NCBI GenBank assembly: GCA_040285825.1
Contig: JAUPSS010000006.1
Coordinates: 1,054,001 to 1,118,000 of the forward strand
Source: Eukaryota sp. TZLM1-RC
Taxonomy: Eukaryota > Protista > Metamonada: BaSk clade
DNA: 64,000 nt
Direction of reading: 5' to 3'
In this document: positions 36,970 to 50,862 of the stretch, piece after piece
Numbering within the stretch: position 1 is the first letter of the stretch
Layout: each line of letters starts with the position of its first letter
Program-made: the position numbers and the translations under genes
The notes under the pieces: generated by a model
Told to the model about the DNA's origin: nothing
Seen by the model: only the letters and a program-made list of their open reading frames with translations
Database searches by the model: none

Positions 36970-39362
36970 GTTAGACTTGGCATGGCCAAGAAAAAGAATC
37001 CCGCTTTTGCAAATCTTTTACAAGATATGTGTGACAGTACTTCTTCTGCCTTAGTAACAACAATTCCACAAGTTTATGGTACTCTCTTATCCGATTCTGC
37101 TTGGACTCTGAATATGAGATTTCGTTCCTTTATCTGGCCTGATAATTTACCTCATAATTTAATTTGTAAATGTTCTCGAGAAATTACAACTACTCATTTG
37201 TTAAATTGTAAACATTTTATTACTTTTAGAAGCAAGGTTCATGATGCTGTAAGAGACCAGTTATATTGTATGTGTAAATCTCATAGAATTGAATCCTTCT
37301 TGGAACCTTTGTTGTCAAATCTGTTTGATGCTGAAAATGATTTTCATAAGAATAATAGAGGTGATGTCATATTACCTGGATTAGATGGAAGCTTCATTTT
37401 ATTGGATGTAATGTCTGTTGATCCTTGTAATGCCCCAAATGAAAGGCTTGTTAATTCTGAAATTCATCATCCCCTTTCAAATGCTGAAAATTTTAAATTC
37501 AAAAAATACAATGAACCTTTGTCCAAATTGGCCAGTCTACAGCATGCAAAATACAATTTGTATCCATTTGTATTTTCCCTTTTTGGTTCACTTGCACCAA
37601 CTGCTTTACGTTTTTTGGATGATTTTGAAATGATTGTAAAGAGAAGAACTGGCCATGTAGTGTGCCATGTAGTGTGCCAAATGATTTGATTTGTCGTTGT
37701 GGTCAGCTCATTAATCTGAATCATTTATTTAATTGCAAATTTAATATTACATATCGCTCAGTTGTTCACGATGCTGTTAGAGACCAACTATACGCTATGT
37801 GCAAAAGCCATCACATTGAAGCTTTTGTTGAACCACTTGTGCGAAGGTTGTCATCTGAAAATGAAAATGAACATACTTTTGGGAAACGCCGTGCTGATTT
37901 AATTACCCCTGCGTCTGATGGTGTTATTAAAGTTGTTGATGTTGTCACTGTTGATGTTTGTAAAGACTCAGCAATTGACTTTGCTAAAAGAGATGAAACT
38001 CCACTTTGCTTTGCTGAAAAGAGCAAAATCAAAAAGTACAATGAACCCTTATCTCAGCTACTATTATCTTATTAATTCTGAAATTCATAATCCCCTTTCA
38101 AATGCTGAAAATTTTAAATTCAAAAAATACAATGAACCTTTGTCCAAATTGGCCAGTCTACAGCATGCAAAATACAATTTGTATCCATTTGTATTTTCCC
38201 TTTTTGGTTCACTTGCACCAACTGCTTTACGTTTTTTGGATGATTTTGAAATGATTGTAAAGAGAAGATCTGGCAGAAATTTCAACAGATTGTTTTGGCA
38301 AAATAGAATTGTGTTTTCTATTTTTAAGGGGATGTTGAAGATGGTTTCTGATGCTTTGCTTTCTCTTGGATCTCACTATGAGAGAGTTGCATCTAGTGTT
38401 TTTGTTTTGGGAGAGATGGATTTTTAAGATGTTGATTTATAGGTTTAGAATAAAATTAAATTTAAATAAAAAAAAACCCTTATCTCAGCTAGGACGTGTT
38501 GAGCATGTTAAGTATCAGTTGGTTCCATTTGCTGTTTCTCTTTTTGGTAACATTGGAATATCTGGCATTAAATTTCTTGAAGGTTTCAGAAGTTTAATAA
38601 AAGAAAGAGCAGGAAAAGAATTGAACTTCAATTTCTGGCACAATAGAATTGTTTTCAGTATTCTTAAAGCAATTCCAGAAATGTTGACCAAAGCACTGTT
38701 ACAATTAGGAATAGAGTATGAAAATCGCGCGCTTAAAAGATTTGATGATGTTGATGCGTGTATTGAGGATATTGAGTTCTAGTTTTTTGTTTAATGTTTT
38801 GTTAGCGTTGAAAATAAATTTATCCTATTTTGTTTTTTTTTAATTTAATTTTAATTTATTTTCAAAACCACAGTCTAAAAGTCTATATCTTCAAAACAAG
38901 CTTCCACACCATCAAACCTTACAGCAGCAATGTTTTCATAATGTGCACTGACAGACATTAAAGCTTTCGAAATCATTTTAGGAATTGATTTGAAAATAGT
39001 AAAAACAATACGATTTAGCCACAAGCGACGATCAAAACGCTTATTCATTCTTTTTTTCACAAGATTTTCAAAATCATCAATAAAATTCAAAGCAGTTTTT
39101 CCAAGACGACCATACAACGATATAGCAAATGGGCAATTCCTATTTTGTAAAAAAAAGAACTGGCAGAAATTTCAACAGATTGTTTTGGCAAAATAGAATT
39201 GTGTTTTCTATTTTTAAGGGGATGTTGAAGATGGTTTCTGATGCTTTGCTTTCTCTTGGATCTCACTATGAGAGAGTTGCATCTAGTGTTTTTGTTTTGG
39301 GAGAGATGGATTTTTTAGATGTTGATTTATAGGTTTTGAATAAAATTAAATTTTAAAAAAAA
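36970..39362 (+). mobile_element. A(+) fragment containing family F copy 2 (37654-39154), which carries A(+) 38061-38474 and B2(-) 38834-39137
   Basis: TSDs AAGAACTGGC (37644/39155), AACCCTTATCTCAGCTA (38044/38475) and TCCTATTTTGT (38823/39138). Confidence 0.87.
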
Positions 39363-40050
39363 TGAACCTTTGTCCAAATTGGCCAGTCTACAGCATGCAA
39401 AATACAATTTGTATCCATTTGTACTTTCCCTTTTTGGTTCACTTGCACCAACTGCTTTACGTTTTTTGGATGATTTTGAAATGATTGTAAAAAGGTGTTG
39501 GATTCAATTCATCAAAATATTTGACCAAAGCTGCATTTATTGGTGGTGGAAAAAATTTTGTATTTGAATTCTCTAGAAGATATCCTTTGCCGAAAATCTT
39601 CTTGAAACTACAAATAGCTTATTCCTCGATAACTTAAGAGAAGAAATATCCAGTTTATCTCCCGACTTATGGCAATCATGTTTCCCCATATCCATTCAAG
39701 AAATTCCAGACAGAAGTTTGTATTCATTAAAATTTGCGTTGAAAAAGCTCCAACAACATCTTTTGAGAAAATTTGAAAGCAAGGATTTTATTGTTCGACT
39801 TAGCACGGCTAAGAAAGAAAATCCTGCTTTTGCCAATTTTTTGATTGATTTGAAGGACAGTTCATCTGCAGTTTTGATAAATCAAATTCCCCAGATTTAT
39901 GGTCTATTTTTGAATGACGACCAATGGACCACTGCTATGAGAATGCGTTGTTATTTATGGCCTTGTAATTTGCCCAATGATTTGTTTTGTAAATGTGGAG
40001 CTGGTTTGACATTATCACATTTATTTAATTGTAATAGATATATTTCCTAT
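39363..40050 (+). repeat. Partial scaffold monomer (short A segment plus 5' half of the B fragment)
   Basis: Same A/B junction; cut at ATTTCCTAT by the A(-) tail. Confidence 0.85.
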
Positions 40051-40533
40051 TTTTTTTTAAAATTTAATTTTATTCAAAACCTACAAATCAACATCTAAAA
40101 AATCCATCTCTCCCAAAACAAAAACACTAGATGCAACTCTCTCATAGTGAGATCCAAGAGAAAGCAAAGCATCAGAAACCATCTTCAACATCCCCTTAAA
40201 AATAGAAAACACAATTCTGTTTTGCCAAAACAATCTGTTGAAATTTCTGCCAGTTCTTCTCTTTACAATCATTTCAAAATCATCCAAAAAACGTAAAGCA
40301 GTTGGTGCAAGTGAACCAAAAAGGGAAAATACAAATGGATACAAATTGTATTTTGCATGCTGTAGACTGGCCAATTTGGACAAAGGTTCATTGTATTTTT
40401 TGAATTTAAAATTTTCAGCATTTGAAAGGGGATTATGAATTTCAGAATTAACAAGCCTTTCATTTGAGGCATTACAAGGATCAACAGACATTACATCCAA
40501 TAAAATAAAGCTTCCATCTAATCCAGGTAATAT

Positions 40534-41636
40534 TTATTTTTTAATTAAATTTTAATTTATTTTCAAAACCACAGTCTAAAAGTCAATATCTTCAAAACAA
40601 GCTTCCACACCATCAAACCTTACAGCAGCAATGTTTTCATAATGTGCACTGACAGACATTAAAGCTTTCGAAATCATTTTAGGAATTGATTTGAAAATAG
40701 TAAAAACAATACGATTTAGCCACAAGCGACGATCAAAACGCTTATTCATTCTTTTTTTCACAAGATTTTCAAAATCATCAATAAAATTCAAAGCAGTTTT
40801 TCCAAGACGACCATACAACGATATAGCAAATGGGCAAATTTGGTAATCTACATGGCGAACATGTTTCAATTCTTTTAAAGGATTTGCATACTTTTTCCGT
40901 TTGTACAATTCGGAGTCATCAAGGGGGATACTTCGGATTGAGCATTTTTCAAGGCATTTTTCTTGCATACATCCACTGTTACGACATCAACAACATTCAT
41001 GACATCATCAAACGAGGGCACAACAACATCAGCACGTCGTTTTCCATATTCTGAATCTCTTACGCTTTCATTTATATCAAGAGACCTCAACAAAGGTTCT
41101 ACAAAAGATTCAATATGATAGGAATTACACATTGCATGGATTTGATCTCTGACTGCATCATGCAACGTAGAACGATAGGAAATATATCTATTACAATTAA
41201 ATAAATGTGATAATGTCAAACCAGCTCCACATTTACAAAACAAATCATTGGGCAAATTACAAGGCCATAAATAACAACGCATTCTCATAGCAGTGGTCCA
41301 TTGGTCGTCATTCAAAAATAGACCATAAATCTGGGGAATTTGATTTATCAAAACTGCAGATGAACTGTCCTTCAAATCAATCAAAAAATTGGCAAAAGCA
41401 GGATTTTCTTTCTTAGCCGTGCTAAGTCGAACAATAAAATCCTTGTTTTCAAAATTTTTCAAAAGATGTCGTTGGAGCTTTTTCAACGCAAATTTTAATG
41501 AATATAAACTTCTGTCTGGAATTTCTTGAATGGATATGGGGAAACATGATTGCCATAAGTCGGGAGATAAACTGGATATTTCTTCTCTTAAGTTATCCAG
41601 GAATATGCTATTTGTATTTTATATTTGTATTTTGGT
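40534..41636 (-). mobile_element. Family B (variant B2) 5'-truncated copy
   Basis: ORFs 40875-41486 and 40576-40968; TSD ATCCAGGTAATAT at 40521-40533 and 41637-41649. Confidence 0.9.
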
Positions 41637-41877
41637 ATCCAGGTAATATGACATCACCTCTATTATTCTTATGAAAATCATTTTCAGCATCAAACAGATT
41701 TGACAACAGAGGTTCCAAGAAGGATTCAATTCTATGAGATTTACACATACAATATAACTGGTCTCTTACAGCATCATGAACCTTGCTTCTAAAAGTAATA
41801 AAATGTTTACAATTTAACAAATGAGTAGTTGTAATTTCTCGAGAACATTTACAAATTAAATTATGAGGTAAATTATC

Positions 41878-43105
41878 TTTTTTTTTTGAAAAATTTTAAT
41901 TTATTATTAAACTACAGTCTAAAAGTCAATATCTTCAAAACAAGCTTCCACACCATCAAACCTCACAACAGCAATTTCTTCGTAATGTGCACTGACAGAC
42001 ATCAAAGCTTTCGAAATCATTTTGGGAATTGTTTTGAAAATAGTAAAAACAATACGATTTAGCCACAAGCGACGATCAAAACGCTTATTCATTCTTCTTT
42101 TCACAAGATTTTCAAAATCATCAATAAAATTCATAGCAGTTTTTCCAAGACGACCATACAACGATATAGCAAATGGGCAAATTTGGTAATCTACATGGCG
42201 AACATGTTTCAATTCTTTTAAAGGATTTGCATACTTTTTCCGTTTGTACAATTCGGAGTCATCAAGGGGGATACTTCGGATTGAGCATTTTTCAAGGCAT
42301 TTTTCTTGCAAACATCCACTGTTACGACATCAACAACATTCATGACATCATCAAACGAGGGCACAACAACATCAGCACGTCGTTTTCCATATTCTGAATC
42401 TCTTACGCTTTCATTTATATCAAGAGACCTCAACAAAGGTTCTACAAAAGATTCAATATGATAGGAATTACACATTGCATGGATTTGATCTCTGACTGCA
42501 TCATGCAACGTAGAACGATAGGAAATAAATCTATTACAATTAAATAAATGTGATAATGTCAAACCAGCTCCACATTTGCAAAACAAATCATTGGGCAAAT
42601 TACAAGGCCATAAATAACAACGCATTCTCATAGCAGTGGTCCATTGGTCGTCATTCAAAAATAGACCATAAATCTGGGGAATTTGATTTATCAAAACTGC
42701 AGATGAACTGTCCTTCAAATCAATCAAAAAATTGGCAAAAGCAGGATTTTCTTTCTTAGCGGTGCTAAGTCGAACAATAAAATCCTTTCTTTCAAATTTT
42801 TTCAAAAGATGTCGTTGGAGCTTTTTCAACGCAAATTTTAATGAATACAAACTTCTGTCTGGAATTTCTTGAATGGATATGGGGAAACATGATTGCCATA
42901 AGTCCGGAGATAAACTGGAAATTTCTTCTCTTAAGTTATCGAGGAATAGGCTATTTGTAGTTTCAAGAAGATTTTCGGCAAAAGGATATCTTCTGGAGAA
43001 TTCAAATACAAAATTTTTTCCACCACCAATAAATGCAGCTTTGGTCAAATATTTTGATGAATTGAATCCAACACCGCCAAGTTGAACATCAGAAATTAAA
43101 TAAAT
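41878..43105 (-). mobile_element. Family B 5'-truncated copy (longest B in the window)
   Basis: ISDVQLGGVGFNSSKYLTKAAF..; TSD TAAATTATC at 41869-41877 and 43106-43114. Confidence 0.9.
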
Positions 43106-44160
43106 TAAATTATCAGGCCAGATAAAGGAACGAAATCTCATATTCAGAGTCCAAGCAGAATCGGATAAGAGAGTACCATATACTTGTGGAATTGTTGTTA
43201 CTAAGGCAGAAGAAGTACTGTCACACATATCTTGTAAAAGATTTGCAAAAGCGGGATTCTTTTTCTTGGCCAAGCCAAGTCTAACATCAAAATCCAAGCT
43301 TTCAAAAATCTTTGACAATTTTTGTTGAAACTTTTTACAGCAAAACTGTAAATTAAATAGAGATCGGTTTGGAATTTCTTGAATTGATTGAGGAAAGCAT
43401 TTGGTCCAAATTTGTGGCGGTAATTTTTCAAGTTCATAAGATAACTCATACAAATAGGGACTACAATTGGGGACTAACAGATGAGAATCATCAGGAAATC
43501 TACGAGAAAATTCATAAATAAAATTTTTGCCACCACCCAAGAATGCTGATTGACACAAAATTGAAGATTTAGTAAATCCAATACCCCCCAAATTTGCTGA
43601 AGAAAATAAATGGCTTTTCAACATTCCTGGTTCTACATCCAATAAATCAGCAAAAAAATTCTGTTCTCAATGAATTAAAAGAACGACAAAAATCTAATGC
43701 TATGGAAGGAGCACAAGATCTCAAAATGTGGGTTATTCTCCCAGTGTAGCAAATTTTAAGCATAAAAAATTTAATATGCTTTTCTATATCTAAAGAAGAA
43801 ATTGAATCAAGTTCAATTTTCATTTTTTCCAAAATAACTTGCAATTCATTCTGAATTTGAGGCACATTTCCTAACCAACAACCAAGGAACTTAAAAGCAT
43901 CACTACTATAATTAGTAAAAGGGACAATAGAATCGTTTATCACGAGGTCTTGAGCAGAAGAGCCAATCAGAAGGCATTTGCTGGCATTAAGATGAAGCCC
44001 AATATTTTCATATGAATCGGCAATTTCTTGAGCAACCAATTCTAGTAAATCAAATGAACCAATCAAGGATATATCATCCATATAAGCAACTATTTTTATA
44101 GAAGGGTATTTTTGCTTAATGATATTTAAAGTTTTGTGAATAGCTAAACAAAACAATAAT

Positions 44161-45937
44161 ACCTCATAATTTAATTTGTAAATGTTCTCGAGAAATTACA
44201 ACTACTCATTTGTTAAATTGTAAACATTTTATTACTTTTAGAAGCAAGGTTCATGATGCTGTAAGAGACCAGTTATATTGTATGTGTAAATCTCATAGAA
44301 TTGAATCCTTCTTGGAACCTTTGTTGTCAAATCTGTTTGATGCTGAAAATGATTTTCATAAGTATAATAGAGGTGATGTCATATTACCTGGATTAGATGG
44401 AAGCTTCATTTTATTGGATGTAATGTCTGTTGATCCTTGTAATGCCTCAAATGAAAGGCTTGTTAATTCTGAAATTCATCATCCCCTTTCAAATGCTTTT
44501 TTTTATAATTTAATTTTATTCTAAACCTATAAATCAACATCTAAAAAATCCATCTCTCCCAAAACAAAAACACTAGATGCAACTCTCTCATAGTGAGATC
44601 CAAGAGAAAGCAAAGCATCAGAAACCATCTTCAACATCCCCTTAAAAATAGAAAACACAATTCTATTTTGCCAAAACAATCTGTTGAAATTTCTGCCAGT
44701 TCTTCTCTTTACAATCATTTCAAAATCATCCAAAAAACGTAAAGCAGTTGGTGCAAGTGAACCAAAAAGGGAAAATACAAATGGATACAAATTGTATTTT
44801 GCATGCTGTAGACTGGCCAATTTGGACAAAGGTTCATTGTATTTTTTGAATTTAAAATTTTCAGCATTTGAAAGGGGATTATGAATTTCAGAATTAACAA
44901 GCCTTTCATTTGAGGCATTACAAGGATCAACAGACATTACATCCAATAAAATGAAGCTTCCATCTAATCCAGGTAATATGACATCACCTCTATTATTCTT
45001 ATGAAAATCATTTTCAGCATCAAACAGATTTGACAACAGAGGTTCCAAGAAGGATTCAATTCTATGAGATTTACACATACAATATAACTGGTCTCTTACA
45101 GCATCATGAACCTTGCTTCTAAAAGTAATAAAATGTTTACAATTTAACAAATGAGTAGTTGTAAATTCTCGAGAACATTTACAAATTAAATTATGAGGTA
45201 AATTATCAGGCCAGATAAAGGAACGAAATCTCATATTCAGAGTCCAAGCAGAATCGGATAAGAGAGTACCACAAACTTGCGGAATTGTTGTTACTAAGGC
45301 AGAAGAAGTACTGTCACACATATCTTGTAAAAAGATTTGCAAAAGCGGGATTCTTTTTCTTGGCCAAGCCAAGTCTAACATCAAAATCCAAGCTTTCAAA
45401 AATCTTTGACAATTTTTGTTGAAGCTTTTTACAGCAAAACTGTAAATTAAATAGAGATCGGTTTGGAATTTCTTGAATTGATTGAGGAAAACATTTGGTC
45501 CAAATTTGTGGCGGTAATTTTTCAAGTTCACAAGATAACTCATACAAATAGGGACTACAATTCAAATGCTGAAAATTTTAAATTCAAAAATACAATGAAC
45601 CTTTGTCCAAAATGGCCCCTCTACAGCATGCAAAAATACAATTTGTATCCATTTGTATTTTCCCTTTTTGGTTCACTTGCACCAACTGCTTTACGTTTTT
45701 TGGATGATTTTGAAATGATTGTAAAGAGAAGAACTGGCAGAAATTTCAACAGATTGTTTTTGGCAAAATAGAATTGTGTTTTCTATTTTTAAGGGGATGT
45801 TGAAGATGGTTTCTGATGCTTTGCTTTCTCTTGGATCTCACTATGAGAGAGTTGCATCTAGTGTTTTTGTTTTGGGAGAGATGGATTTTTTTAGATGTTG
45901 ATTTATAGGTTTTGAATAAAATTAAATTTTAAAAAAA
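44161..45937 (+). mobile_element. Scaffold A(+) fragment containing A(-) 44498-45560
   Basis: TSD TTCAAATGCT at 44488-44497 and 45561-45570. Confidence 0.88.
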
Positions 45938-48038
45938 TGAACCTTTGTCCAAATTGGCCAGTCTACAGCATGCAAAAATACAATTTGTATCCATTTGTAC
46001 TTTCCCTTTTTGGTTCACTTGCACCAACTGCTTTACGTTTTTTGGATGATTTTGAAATGATTGTAAAAAGGTGTTGGATTCAATTCATCAAAATATTTGA
46101 CCAAAGCTGCATTTATTGGTGGTGGAAAAAATTTTGTATTTGAATTCTCTAGAAGATATCCTTTTGCCGAAAATCTTCTTGAAACTACAAATAGCTTATT
46201 CCTCGATAACTTAAGAGAAGAAATATCCAGTTTATCTCCCGACTTATGGCAATCATGTTTCCCCATATCCATTCAAGAAATTCCAGACAGAAGTTTGTAT
46301 TCATTAAAATTTGCGTTGAAAAAGCCCCAACGACATCTTTTGAGAAAATTTGAAAGCAAGGATTTTATTGTTCGACTTAGCACGGCTAAGAAAGAAAATC
46401 CTGCTTTTGCAAATTTTTTGATTGATTTGAAGGACAGTTCATCTGCAGTTTTGATAAATCAAATTCCCCAGATTTTTGGCCTATTTTTGAATGACGACCA
46501 ATGGACCACTGCTATGAGAATGCGTTGTTATTTATGGCCTTGTAATTTGCCCAATGATTTGTTTTGCAAATTGTGGAGCTGGTTTAACATTATCACATTT
46601 ATTTAATTGTAATAGATTTATTTCCTATCGTTCTACGTTGCATGATGCAGTCAGAGATCAAATCCATGCAATGTGTAATTCCTATCATATTGAATCTTTT
46701 GTAGAACCTTTGTTGAGGTCTCTTGATATAAATGAAAGCGTAAGAGATTCAGAATATGGAAAACGACGTGCTGATGTTGTTGTGCCCTCGTTTGATGATG
46801 TCATGAATGTTGTTGATGTCGTAACAGTGGATGTTTGCAAGAAAAATGCCTTGAAAAATGCTCAATCTGAAGTATCCCCCCTTGATGACTCCGAATTGTA
46901 CAAACGGAAAAAATATGCAAATCCTTTAAAAGAATTGAAACATGTTCGCCATGTAGATTACCAAATTTGCCCATTTGCTATATCGTTGTATGGTCGTCTT
47001 GGAAAAACTGCTATGAATTTTATTGATGATTTTGAAAATCTTGTGAAAAGAAGAATGAATAAGCGTTTTGATCGTCGCTTGTGGCTAAATCGTATTGTTT
47101 TTACTATTTTCAAATCAATTCCTAAAATGATTTCGAAAGCTTTGATGTCTGTCAGTGCACATTACGAAGAAATTGCTGTTGTGTGGTTTGATGGTGTGGA
47201 AGCTTGTTTTGAAGATATTGACTTTTAGACTGTAGTTTAACAATAAATTAAAATTTTTCATTAAAAAAATACAATGAACCTTTGGATTTTGATGTTAGAC
47301 TTGGCTTGGCCAAGAAAAAGAATCCCGCTTTTGCAAATCTTTTACAAGATATGTGTGACAGTACTTCTTCTGCCTTAGTAACAACAATTCCACAAGTTTA
47401 TGGTACTCTCTTATCCGATTCTGCTTGGACTCTGAATATGAGATTTCGTTCCTTTATCTGGCCTGATAATTTACCTCATAATTTAATTTGTAAATGTTCT
47501 CGAGAAATTACAACTACTCATTTGTTAAATTGTAAACATTTTATTACTTTTAGAAGCAAGGTTCATGATGCTGTAAGAGACCAGTTATATTGTATGTGTA
47601 AATCTCATAGAATTGAATCCTTCTTGGAACCTTTGTTGTCAAATCTGTTTGATGCTGAAAATGATTTTCATAAGAATAATAGAGGTGATGTCATATTACC
47701 TGGATTAGATGGAAGCTTCATTTTATTGGATGTAATGTCTGTTGATCCTTGTAATGCCTCAAATGAAAGGCTTGTTAATTCTGAAATTCATCATCCCCTT
47801 TCAAATGCTTTTTTTTATAATTTAATTTTATTCTAAACCTATAAATCAACATCTAAAAAATCCATCTCTCCCAAAACAAAAACACTAGATGCAACTCTCT
47901 CATAGTGAGATCCAAGAGAAAGCAAAGCATCAGAAACCATCTTCAACATCCCCTTAAAAATAGAAAACACAATTCTATTTTTTTTGGAGAATTTTTTTTT
48001 ATTAAATGAGCTAAATACTACGACAATTCAGAAATTCC

Positions 48039-50862
48039 TCATCCAACTACTCCACTACTAGTAGTCAATACTCCAAAAAGACACTGAACAACCAGCACAA
48101 AACCAAAAAGTACATGATTGACATTACTAAGCGGCCGTCTGGGATGCTCCAAGAGCGTTTTAAAGGCGACAGCAAGCTTTTTATCACACATACGATTATT
48201 TGAACCAGCAACAACATTTTTTTTTAATTTTAATTTTATTCAAAACCTATAAATCAACATCTAAAAAATCCATCTCTCCCAGAACAAAAACACTAGATGC
48301 AACTCTCTCATAGTGAGATCCAAGAGAAAGCAAAGCATCAGAAACCATCTTCAACATCCCCTTAAAAATAGAAAACACAATTCTATTTTGCCAAAACAAT
48401 CTGTTGAAATTTCTGCCACTTCTTCTCTTTACAATCATTTCAAAATCATCCAAAAAACGTAAAGCAGTTGGTGCAAGTGAACCAAAAAGGGAAAATACAA
48501 ATGGATACAAATTGTATTTTGCATGCTGTAGACTGGCCAATTTGGACAAAGGTTCATTGTATTTTTTGAATTTAAAATTTTCAGCATTTGAAAGGGGATT
48601 ATGAATTTCAGAATTAACAAGCCTTTCATTTGAGGCATTACAAGGATCAACAGACATTACATCCAATAAAATGAAGCTTCCATCTAATCCAGGTAATATG
48701 ACATCACCTCTATTATTCTTATGAAAATCATTTTCAGCATCAAACAGATTTGACAACAGAGGTTCCAAGAAGGATTCAATTCTATGAGATTTACACATAC
48801 AATATAACTGGTCTCTTACAGCAACATGAACCTTGCTTCTAAAAGTAATAAAATGTTTACAATTTAACAAATGAGTAGTTGTAATTTCTCGAGAACATTT
48901 ACAAATTAAATTATGAGGTAAATTATCAGGCCAGATAAAGGAACGAAATCTCATATTCAGAGTCCAAGCAGAATCGGATAAGAGAGTACCATAAACTTGT
49001 GGAATTGTTGTTACTAAGGCAGAAGAAGTACTGTCACACATATCTTGTAAAAGATTTGCAAAAGCGGGATTCTTTTTCTTGGCCAAGCCAAGTCTAACAT
49101 CAAAATCCAAGCTTTCAAAAATCTTTGACAATTTTTGTTGAAGCTTTTTACAGCAAAACTGTAAATTAAATAGAGATCGGTTTGGAATTTCTTGAATTGA
49201 TTGAGGAAAACATTTGGTCCAAATTTGTGGCGGTAATTTTTCAAGTTCACAAGATAACTCATACAAATAGGGACTACAATTGGGGACTAACAGATGAGAA
49301 TCATCAGGAAATCTACGAGAAAATTCATAAATAAAATTTTTGCCACCACCCAAGAATGCTGATTGACACAAAATTGAAGATTTAGTAAATCCAATACCCC
49401 CCAAATTTTTTTTTTTAAAAAATTTAATTTTTATTCTAAACCTATAAATCAACATCTAAAAAAATCCATCTCTCCCAAAACAAAAACACTAGATGCAACT
49501 CTCTCATAGTGAGATCCAAGAGAAAGCAAAGCATCAGAAACCATCTTCAACATCCCCTTAAAAATAGAAAACACAATTCTATTTTGCCAAAACAATCTGT
49601 TGAAATTTCTGCCAGTTCTTCTCTTTACAATCATTTCAAAATCATCCAAAAACGTAAAGCAGTTGGTGCAAGTGAACCAAAAAGGGAAAATACAAATGGA
49701 TACAAATTGTATTTTGCATGCTGTAGACTGGCCAATTTGGACAAAGGTTCATTATATTTTTTTGAATTTAAAATTTTCAGCATTTGAAAGGGGATTATGA
49801 ATTTCAGAATTAACAAGCCTTTCATTTGAGGCATTACAAGGATCAACAGACATTACATCCAATAAAATGAAGCTTCCATCTAATCCAGGTAATATGACAT
49901 CACCTCTATTATTCTTATGAAAATCATTTTCAGCATCAAACAGATTTGACAACAAAGGTTCCAAGAAGGATTCAATTCTATGAGATTTACACATACAATA
50001 TAACTGGTCTCTTACAGCATCATGAACCTTGCTTCTAAAAGTAATAAAATGTTTACAATTTAACAGATGAGTAGTTGTAATTTCTCGAGAATTTCCCCCC
50101 AAATTTGCTGAAGAAAATAAGTGACTTTTCAACATTCCTGGTTCTACATCCAATAAATCAGCAAAAAATTCTGTTCTCAATGAATTGAATGAACGACAAA
50201 AATCTAATGCTATGGAAGGAGCACAAGATCTCAAAATGTGGGTTATTCTCCCAGTATAGCAAATTTTAAGCATGAAAAATTTAATATGCTTTTCTATATC
50301 TAAAGAAGAAATTGAATCAAGTTCAATTTTCATTTTTTCCAAAATAACTTGCAATTCATTCTGAATTTGAGGCACATTTCCTAACCAACAACCAAGGAAC
50401 TTAAAAGCATCACTACTATAATTAGTAAAAGGGACAATAGAATCGTTTATCACGAGGTCTTGAGCAGAAGAGCCAATCAACATCCAATAAGAAGAGTGAG
50501 AATTCTATCTCAAGAACAACTATCCAAACCTTCAGTAAACAGATCACAAACTTTCTGCTTCCATTACTTAGCGGCCGTCTGAGAAGCTCCAAGAGCGGTT
50601 TAAAGGCGACAGCAAGCTTTTCATGAGAAGAGAAATGCGAACATCTGCTGATGGTCAAGTCAAATTGAACAAGAAACAAAATGCTTGTGAGAAGGGAACT
50701 AATGTGTCTCCAAATTGATGTTTCAAAGGATGATGTTATCAATGGAAAAACATTCAGTAGAGTCAACAAAGAAGAGGGAGACAACGTAGAGCAGTATGGA
50801 ATAATTGTTAAGAAAGCAATAGGAGGGCCTGGACCGTGAAAAGGGAGGTTTTCAACAATCAT
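48039..50862 (-). CDS. Reconstructed 185-aa hydrophobic ORF of element G (50862-50478 joined to 48211-48039); function unknown
   Basis: After removing the nested insertion and one CAACAT TSD copy, the frame runs MIVENLPFHG..FLLDV-VAGSNNRMCDKKLAVAFKTLLEHPRRPLSNVNHVLFGFVLVVQCLFGVLTTSSGVVG*. Confidence 0.5.
48122..48181 (-). repeat. 60-nt internal repeat of G, downstream copy
   Basis: 56/60 identical to 50562-50621. Confidence 0.9.
48218..50477 (-). mobile_element. Family A copy inserted in G, itself interrupted by A(-) 49409-50094
   Basis: TSD CAACAT at 48212-48217 and 50478-50483; inner TSD CCCCCCAAATTT at 49397-49408 and 50095-50106. Confidence 0.88.
50562..50621 (-). repeat. 60-nt internal repeat of G, upstream copy
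   Basis: CATTACTTAGCGGCCGTCTGAGAAGCTCCAAGAGCGGTTTAAAGGCGACAGCAAGCTTTT on the + strand. Confidence 0.9.

Larger units (their letters stand above)
40051..44160 (-). mobile_element. Family A 5'-truncated copy split by two family B insertions
   Basis: Pieces 40051-40533, 41637-41877 and 43106-44160 are colinear A sequence. Confidence 0.87.

Noticed and set aside
42218-43642. 474-aa A-B fusion ORF (also 52196-53476, 49752-50483 and 48247-49455)
   Set aside because: These are chance in-frame joins at TSD-defined insertion junctions, with no start context or RT core
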